This document shows, piece by piece, positions 54,704-60,776 of a DNA stretch of 60,776 nucleotides (the first letter of the stretch is position 1; each line of letters starts with the position of its first letter). The stretch comes from a virus (lineage: Duplodnaviria > Caudoviricetes). The stretch is from positions 1 to 60,776 of the IMG/VR virus record IMGVR_UViG_3300046739_000367; one strand, 5' to 3'. Made by a program: the position numbers and the translations under genes. The notes beneath the pieces were generated by a model. That model saw only the letters and a program-made list of their open reading frames with translations. It was not told the DNA's origin and made no database searches.

Positions 54704-54704
54704 C

Positions 54705-56369
54705 ATGGGTGAGACTCCCGAACTCCTCACCGCCGACGAACAAGCCGCTCGGGAAGCCCTCTTCCGTCAGCGCGTCGAGGAGATCAAGTCTCAGTCGATT
54801 AAGGACCTGCAAAGCATCCGTGCGGAGCTCAAGCGTCGACAGTGGATGAAGAACCCCGCCCTATGGCTGAAGGAGCGTCTGGGCGAGGATCCGTGGTCGA
54901 AGCAAGTCGAGATCATGCTGGCCATGACCAAGCACCGTAAGGTGGAAGTCATGTCCTGCCACGACGTCGGGAAGTCGTTTATCGCCGCCCGCATCGCCGC
55001 GTGGTGGATCGACATCTTCCCGCCCGGTGACGCTTTCGTCGTCACAACGGCCCCTACAACCGCCCAGGTCAAGTCGATCCTCTGGCGTGAAATCGGCCGC
55101 GCTCATACAAAGGGCAAACTCGAGGGACGAGTCAATCAGACCGAGTGGTACGTTCCAGTCGAAGGCCGTGAGGAAATCGTCGCCTTCGGCCGTAAGCCTG
55201 ACGAGTACGACCCCGCCGCCTTCCAGGGGATCCACTCGCAGAACGTCCTCGTGATCATTGACGAGGCCAACGGCGTCCGAGGACCTCTGCATGACGCGGC
55301 CGACTCTCTCATCGCGAACGACACCGGCAAGATGCTGATGATCGGGAACCCGGATGACCCGTCCGGCGAGTTCTTCGAAGCGTCGAAGCCGAATTCGGGT
55401 TGGGAAGTTATCAAAATCAGCGCCTTCGACTCGCCGAACTTCACCGGCGAAGCCGTAACTCAGCGCGTCTCGAACGCCCTGATCGGCAAGGTCTACGTCG
55501 AAGAGCGCCGCAAGAAGTGGGCGCCCCAGTGGACGTGGAACGCTGAGAAGACCGCCGTTGTTCCTCCAGAGGGTAGTAAACCCGAGGACACTCACCCATT
55601 TTGGCAGTCGAAGATTCTCGGCCTCTTTCCACAGACACCTCAGGGCGTCCACCCACTCATCCCCATGCCGTGGATTCTCGCAGCACAGAACCGTTCTCTC
55701 GAAGAACAGGTTGCCGACGATCCGATCAACATGGGGGTTGACGTCGGTGGTGGTGGTGACGAAAGCGTGATCGCCATCGCCAAGGGCGGATTCGTTCGCG
55801 TCGTCAAGTCGGCGCAGTCCCCGGACACGATGCGCGTCGTCGACGACATCATCGCAATGAGGGCTGCCTTTGGGTGCAGAAGCATACGGGTCGACGTCAT
55901 CGGCATCGGCCGTGGTGTGGTCGATCGCGCAAATCAAGACGACCTCAACCTCGGGGTGCTCGGCATCAACGTCGGGCGTGCATCGCACGAGCCGGACCGC
56001 TTCAGCAACCTTCGTGCCCAGTTCTGGTGGTACGTTCGTACGCTCTTCGAACAGGGGATGGTCGACCTCGATCCCGAAGACGAGGATCTGGCAGCGGAGC
56101 TGGCGACCCTCCGGTACAAGCCCGCCGAAAAAGGCAAGATCCTGATGGAGTCGAAGGACGAGGCGAGGCGCCGCGGTGTGCGAAGCCCCAACAGGGCTGA
56201 CGCACTTATGCTCGCCTTGTGCAACCCGAATTTCGTCAGCGAACTCACTCTCGACGAAGTCTCGAACTTCGCCAACGCGAACGCCGAGCTCGTCGGGGAC
56301 AGCAAGTGGAACTTTAACTCGGGCGTCGACACGTCCCGGCCTGCACACAACCCGCTGCGAAGCAACTAG
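54705..56369 (+). CDS. terL: terminase large subunit
   Basis: SCHDVGKS Walker A, IIDEA Walker B, IGNP, GVDVG..GDES, SPNRADAL. Confidence 0.93.
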   Translation: MGETPELLTADEQAAREALFRQRVEEIKSQSIKDLQSIRAELKRRQWMKNPALWLKERLGEDPWSKQVEIMLAMTKHRKVEVMSCHDVGKSFIAARIAAWWIDIFPPGDAFVVTTAPTTAQVKSILWREIGRAHTKGKLEGRVNQTEWYVPVEGREEIVAFGRKPDEYDPAAFQGIHSQNVLVIIDEANGVRGPLHDAADSLIANDTGKMLMIGNPDDPSGEFFEASKPNSGWEVIKISAFDSPNFTGEAVTQRVSNALIGKVYVEERRKKWAPQWTWNAEKTAVVPPEGSKPEDTHPFWQSKILGLFPQTPQGVHPLIPMPWILAAQNRSLEEQVADDPINMGVDVGGGGDESVIAIAKGGFVRVVKSAQSPDTMRVVDDIIAMRAAFGCRSIRVDVIGIGRGVVDRANQDDLNLGVLGINVGRASHEPDRFSNLRAQFWWYVRTLFEQGMVDLDPEDEDLAAELATLRYKPAEKGKILMESKDEARRRGVRSPNRADALMLALCNPNFVSELTLDEVSNFANANAELVGDSKWNFNSGVDTSRPAHNPLRSN

Positions 56370-56419
56370 TCGAGCTGGCTATGATGCAGAATTCTTCTAC
56401 CCTGAAACGGATGAGCTAA

Positions 56420-58063
56420 GTGGCCGCAGACCCTACCGTCCTCAAGCTCGTTCAAGGCGCACAAGCCGACATTCCCGTCGACTTCGGTATCACCGGTGTC
56501 GCGAGGTACGGCGGGGTTTCCCGTGTGTACGAGGAGTGGCTACAAGCCCTCCAAGGCCCCACCGGGATGAAGCTGTATCGGGAGCAGATTGACAACTGCC
56601 CGATTACAGGTGCGTTCCTATTCGCCGCTCAGTTTCTTGCCAGGGGCAGCACGTTCCGTATCGATCCTGCCCGAGGTACGGGCGTCGACGACATGATGGC
56701 GCTTCAGATCGCTGAGCGCGTCCGCGGAGCGCTTTTCGACGACCTAGAAGTTACGTGGCCCGACCTGCTCTCCGACGTCATGTCCATGTTCGGGTTCGGC
56801 TGGTCCGTTCACGAAATGTCGTTCAAGCGATGTCGCGGAACCGATCCGACGAACCTGACGACGCTTCAGACGATTCAGCCGGTCGACCCCGGCGGTGAAG
56901 GACAAGGTCCGATTCCCACCCCGTTCACCCCGTCGAAGTACAACGACGGGTGGCTTGCTTTCCGCAACATCGAGATCCGCTCGCAAGAGACCCTCTTCAT
57001 GTGGGAATGGGACGCACAGTCCCACGCGATCGTGATGCAGCAGATGGCGCCGCCGGACTTCGGAATCCGCCGAGTCCCACTCGCAAAGTGCCTACACTTC
57101 CGGACGCAACTCGCGAAGAACAACCCGGAAGGGCGTTCACTCATCCGCAACGCGGTTCCGTCGTACCTCTTCAAGAAGAACATCCAGACGATCGAAGCGA
57201 TCGGCGTCGAACGCGATCTCGTCGGATACCCGTACTTCCAACAGCTTCCGCCGGATCAGACGAAGGGTTACGCCCCGATCGACCTGTGGAACCCGAAGGA
57301 TACGATGGCGGCTCTATACCTGCAGAAACTGCAAGGTATGGTCCGTAGCATTCGCCGAGACGAACAGGAAGGAATGGTCCTTCCGTGGCACATCGAGTTC
57401 AAGCTTGCGAGTACGGGCGGCAAGCGGAACTTCGACACGAACGCGATCATCCTGCGCTACGAGAAGGACATCGCCATGTCCGTTCTCGCCGACTTCATCA
57501 TGCTCGGCCATGACGCCCAGGGCTCGAAGGCCCTCGCGTCGACGAAGTCCCAGCTGTTTACGGCAGCCCTCAACAGCCTGCTCGACAGCATCTGCGCAAC
57601 CTTCAACCGCTTTGCGATCCCCCTTCTTCTCAAGCTCAACGGGGTCCCGGCAGTGCTCGCACCCACGCTTGGGCACTCAAATGTCGAGAATCTGCCCGCG
57701 GATGTCCTCGGCACATTCATTGCACGCCTGGCACAAGCTGGGGCCCCGTTGTTCCCGGATACCGACCTGACCGAGGCGCTTCTGGACACCGTCCACATGC
57801 CGACCTCCGGCATCGTCGATCCGGAAGCTACGCTTTCCGAAGGTGCACAGAGCGGAGAGTCTGTCGCCGAACCCGAACACAATGCTCCGACAGAAGTCCG
57901 TTCCGGGCCGCCTCGCAACGCAACGGGCGGAACCCGCCTGCCCCGCATGCGTCAGACACCCGGTCCTCGCACGCCTGGCGCAGCCAAACCGCCGGAACGG
58001 ATCGCAAACGACCCGAAGGCAAAGCCGCAAGGCTCCAACAACACGTCTCTCAGAGGAGTATAA
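56420..58063 (+). CDS. portal protein (DUF935-like)
   Basis: FGFGWSVHE, NNPEGRSL.R, IEAIGVERDL.G.P, GS.ALA. Confidence 0.85.
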   Translation: MAADPTVLKLVQGAQADIPVDFGITGVARYGGVSRVYEEWLQALQGPTGMKLYREQIDNCPITGAFLFAAQFLARGSTFRIDPARGTGVDDMMALQIAERVRGALFDDLEVTWPDLLSDVMSMFGFGWSVHEMSFKRCRGTDPTNLTTLQTIQPVDPGGEGQGPIPTPFTPSKYNDGWLAFRNIEIRSQETLFMWEWDAQSHAIVMQQMAPPDFGIRRVPLAKCLHFRTQLAKNNPEGRSLIRNAVPSYLFKKNIQTIEAIGVERDLVGYPYFQQLPPDQTKGYAPIDLWNPKDTMAALYLQKLQGMVRSIRRDEQEGMVLPWHIEFKLASTGGKRNFDTNAIILRYEKDIAMSVLADFIMLGHDAQGSKALASTKSQLFTAALNSLLDSICATFNRFAIPLLLKLNGVPAVLAPTLGHSNVENLPADVLGTFIARLAQAGAPLFPDTDLTEALLDTVHMPTSGIVDPEATLSEGAQSGESVAEPEHNAPTEVRSGPPRNATGGTRLPRMRQTPGPRTPGAAKPPERIANDPKAKPQGSNNTSLRGV

Positions 58064-58066
58064 GAA

Positions 58067-58405
58067 GTGGCCGAACGTAACCTCCCCGTTGCACAGCAGG
58101 CGGCTCTCGAAATCCTGCACAATGCGCAAGCAGCGACCCGTGCCGAGCTCGACGTCCTGCGTCGTACTCGCCCGCAGCGTGAAGTCGGCGCGTTGAAAGT
58201 GCCAGCACACCTTGCCGCAGCCGCTGCAATCCCGATCACGCTCGCGGGTCCGGTGTCGAACGACCCTCGCGTATGCTCGGGCTGCGGAAACGGGATCGAT
58301 GCGTTCGCACTCAGCCGGGGCGAGAAAGTCTGCTCCCGCTGCCTGAACAACCCGAACACGGACGCCGGCGTGGAAGCCCGCGCGACGATCCCGGCTGGCG
58401 CGTAG
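58067..58405 (+). CDS. hypothetical protein with two CxxC motifs
   Basis: CSGC...CSRC. Confidence 0.5.
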   Translation: MAERNLPVAQQAALEILHNAQAATRAELDVLRRTRPQREVGALKVPAHLAAAAAIPITLAGPVSNDPRVCSGCGNGIDAFALSRGEKVCSRCLNNPNTDAGVEARATIPAGA

Positions 58406-58435
58406 TTGCAGCGGCTTCGCACTTAAGGCACACCC

Positions 58436-59047
58436 ATGGCACCGACCGCAGTCGACAGCACGGCGAAGCTCGAGAAGGAGGATCCCCGCGTCTCCTACAT
58501 GGAGCCGGAGTCTGGCCCGTTCGAGTGCAACAACTGCCAGCACTTCGACCCGAAGGGTGCCTGCGAGATTGTCGACGGCAGCATCGACGCCTGCGGCTGC
58601 TGCAACTTGTACAAGCCCGGTGCGAAGCGCACGAAGCCCGAAGCCGCTGCAAGCAAGCGCTTCCAGAGCAACATCGTCAAGATCGACGACGCCCAAGGGA
58701 TCGTCTACGGCTGGGGGAACGTCTGCGTCGACTCGAACGGCCTCGTCACCGACCGCCAGGGCGACCAGTGGGAACCCGAAGAACTCGAGAAATCCGTCGT
58801 CGACTTCATGCTCAACTGCCGGAACTCCGGCGAAATGCACGAAGGCGGCGTGACCGGCACGGTCGTTGCGTCCCTCGTAACCACGCCCGACATCGTCAAA
58901 GCCTTCTTCGGTCCCGAAGCCGCTGCAACGACTCCTGTCGGCTGGCTCATCGGCGTGAAAGTTGACAAAGCGACCCTGGCCAAGGTCAACAGCGGGGAGC
59001 TCAAGGCCTTCAGCATCCAGGGTAGCGGAGATAGGATCCCGGTGTAA
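58436..59047 (+). CDS. XkdF-like prohead serine protease with an N-terminal HiPIP-like Cys domain
   Basis: IVYGW...DRQGD...GEMH...GWLIG.K...GELKAFSIQG; N-terminal CNNCQHF...C..V.G.I...GCC. Confidence 0.75.
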   Translation: MAPTAVDSTAKLEKEDPRVSYMEPESGPFECNNCQHFDPKGACEIVDGSIDACGCCNLYKPGAKRTKPEAAASKRFQSNIVKIDDAQGIVYGWGNVCVDSNGLVTDRQGDQWEPEELEKSVVDFMLNCRNSGEMHEGGVTGTVVASLVTTPDIVKAFFGPEAAATTPVGWLIGVKVDKATLAKVNSGELKAFSIQGSGDRIPV

Positions 59048-59049
59048 CC

Positions 59050-60207
59050 ATGCCGAACATTCTTCGTAAGGTCAAACTCAATCGAATCGACCTGGTCGAC
59101 GCCCCAGCGAACCCAGGCGCAACAGTCATGCTCGTCAAGCGGGAGGAGGGTGTCTCCAAGAAGATCCGTGAACGCAACGGGAAGTTCGAAGTCACGACTG
59201 AGGACGGCAGTCGTGTCCTCGGCACTCACGATTCCCACGCCGACGCCGCAAAGCAGCTCGCCGCGATCGAAGCTCAGAAGCACAACGCACAAAAGGACGC
59301 TCCGGGGATCGGAGCGGTCCACGTCAATCGCCCCGGTCCACGAAGGAGTACGTACATGACAGAGAAGAATCTCATGAAGCGGTTTCGTGAGTTCCTGAAG
59401 GCGTTTCCGCCTCCGGCAACCCACGCGACACCCGCAGACGGAAGCGACCTCGACACGCCTGGCTCGGAAGACCACGAGCAGGCGGAGATGGGTCACATCA
59501 ACGCCCTGGCCGAGATGCACAAGGCGATGACCGAGCACCTCAAGGGACTCCCGGCGGAGCACCCGATGCACGCGATGCACAAGGCTCTCGGCGAGCACAT
59601 CGCGGCGATGCACAAGATGAACGGCGCCCAGTTCCCCGAAGACAACCAGGACTTCGCCGAGGGCGGCGGCGCAGCCGGAGCCCACGAGGACGTCCACATG
59701 AGCGCAGCCGACAAGAAGGAAGTCGAGAAAGCGATCGCGAAGCGAACCGAAGACCTCCAGAAGCGCCTGGAAGCCGCGGAAGCGTCGCTCAAGGCCGCCG
59801 ACGTCATCGTCAAGGGCGAGGTCGCGAAGCGTGAACTCGGAGAAGTCCGCGTCGAGCTCGCGAAGTTCGCGAACCTCACGATCGACATCGAGAAGGAAGC
59901 GCCGGAGTACCTCATCCTCAAGCAGGCGTCGCCGAAGGCGTACGAGTCGCTCGTCGCGAAGCTCGCCGCTGCGAACGAGCAGGCGAAGCTCGCCAAGAAG
60001 CTCGAGGACGATCTCGGTTCGGGCATCCCGGGCGGTCCGCGCCCCAGCGCCTGGAAGGAGATCGAGGCGAAGGCGGCCGGCGTCCTCGCGAAGTCGACCG
60101 ACTCCAAGATGACCAAGGCGCAGGCCATCGACAAGGTCATGCAGGACCCGGAGAACTTCCCCCTCGTGAAGCGGTACTACGAGGAAGAGAAGCAGGTGAT
60201 CGCCTAA
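59050..60207 (+). CDS. scaffolding protein (N-terminal protease-like strand, His/Met-rich segment, coiled coil)
   Basis: IDLVDAPAN at the N-terminus, helical C-terminus, synteny. Confidence 0.65.
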   Translation: MPNILRKVKLNRIDLVDAPANPGATVMLVKREEGVSKKIRERNGKFEVTTEDGSRVLGTHDSHADAAKQLAAIEAQKHNAQKDAPGIGAVHVNRPGPRRSTYMTEKNLMKRFREFLKAFPPPATHATPADGSDLDTPGSEDHEQAEMGHINALAEMHKAMTEHLKGLPAEHPMHAMHKALGEHIAAMHKMNGAQFPEDNQDFAEGGGAAGAHEDVHMSAADKKEVEKAIAKRTEDLQKRLEAAEASLKAADVIVKGEVAKRELGEVRVELAKFANLTIDIEKEAPEYLILKQASPKAYESLVAKLAAANEQAKLAKKLEDDLGSGIPGGPRPSAWKEIEAKAAGVLAKSTDSKMTKAQAIDKVMQDPENFPLVKRYYEEEKQVIA

Positions 60208-60246
60208 CGGCGGTCACCCGTCACCCGTTCACGAGGAGAAGCAACC

Positions 60247-60648
60247 ATGGCATTCGAAGGACAGCAGCCAGTCAAGCGAATCGGCGCCGTTTCCGGTGCG
60301 GACTTGTCCGCGGCGTCGGTTCAGTACAAGTTCGTCAAGTACAACGGCACCGGCCAGCAGGTCATCCTCTGCAGCGGCGTCAACGACGTCCCCTGCGGAG
60401 TTCTCCAGGCACCTGCTCCCACGAGCGCGGTCGGCCAGCCCGTCGAAGTCGTCGCGGTCGGTCAGACGAAGCTCCAGGACGGCGGAACGCTCACAGCGGG
60501 CTGCGTCGTCGCCACCACCGCGTCCGGTCAGGGTCAACCGGCCGTCAGCGGTCAGATCGCCGCGGGTTCGTGCGACGTTATCGGCGGAGCCGCCAACGCG
60601 TACGCAGTTGTCACCGTCAACCTCTCTGCGCCGTCGATCAAGGCGTAG
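60247..60648 (+). CDS. capsid decoration / cement protein (DUF2190-like)
   Basis: ADLS...YKFVK...GVLQ...G..VEV...G; directly before the capsid gene. Confidence 0.7.
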   Translation: MAFEGQQPVKRIGAVSGADLSAASVQYKFVKYNGTGQQVILCSGVNDVPCGVLQAPAPTSAVGQPVEVVAVGQTKLQDGGTLTAGCVVATTASGQGQPAVSGQIAAGSCDVIGGAANAYAVVTVNLSAPSIKA

Positions 60649-60649
60649 T

Positions 60650-60776
60650 CACCACCCCTTCTCGAAGGAGCAGCAGAAATGCCTCAGCCATCAATCGGAC
60701 AGGTACACGTCAATCGCCCGCTGACGAACATCAGCGTGGCGACGATCCAGGATCTCGACTACTTCGCGTGGACGCG
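60650..60776. repeat. terminal direct repeat, right copy
   Basis: Identical to 1-127. Confidence 0.93.

Larger units (their letters stand above)
16945..58928. repeat. dispersed 12-bp motif AAGCCGCTGCAA / TTGCAGCGGCTT (at least 12 perfect copies)
   Basis: AAGCC... orientation at 16945, 17594, 24978, 32510, 36668, 58641, 58917; TTGCA... orientation at 47882, 49864, 51311, 53700, 58406. Confidence 0.85.

Noticed and set aside
60650-60776. 127-bp terminal repeat as a biological direct terminal repeat
   Set aside because: It interrupts the capsid gene start and matches a typical assembler k-mer length, so it indicates circular assembly only.
1-60776. tRNA genes, integrase/att site, DGR reverse transcriptase, stop-codon reassignment
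   Set aside because: None recognised by eye, and genes tile well with the standard code using all three stops. A tRNAscan or HMM run would be needed to exclude them fully.

Overview
The window is a complete, circularly assembled tailed dsDNA phage genome with siphovirus-type gene order and high GC. Bases 1-127 are repeated exactly at 60650-60776, giving a unit length of about 60,649 bp. No integrase, tRNA or CRISPR array was seen. The plus strand (about 53.9 kb through the junction to 21.4 kb) carries terminase, portal, an XkdF-type protease, scaffold, capsid, neck, tail (with a -1 frameshifted chaperone), tape measure, tail tip/fibre and lysis genes. The minus strand (21.5-53.5 kb) carries many small early genes driven by at least 7 near-consensus sigma70 promoters, recombination and replication genes (Cas4-like nuclease, AAA ATPase, SSB, UDG-fused PolA, minimal AEP-like primase, DUF3987 helicase, ligase) and a 7-deazaguanine DNA-modification pathway (FolE, QueD, QueE, QueC, DpdA-like, plus a methyltransferase). 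The most unusual signals are: (1) a 63-aa ubiquitin-like protein ending in Gly-Gly, adjacent to a Cys-containing partner; (2) a 12-bp motif AAGCCGCTGCAA present at least 12 times in both orientations and in several reading frames; (3) virion-module proteins that begin with Sec-type signal peptides; (4) a HiPIP-like Fe-S domain fused to the prohead protease; (5) a glycosyltransferase coupled into the tail operon; (6) a highly structured intergenic RNA at 32.5-32.7 kb. All family assignments come from motif recognition by eye, not from database searches.
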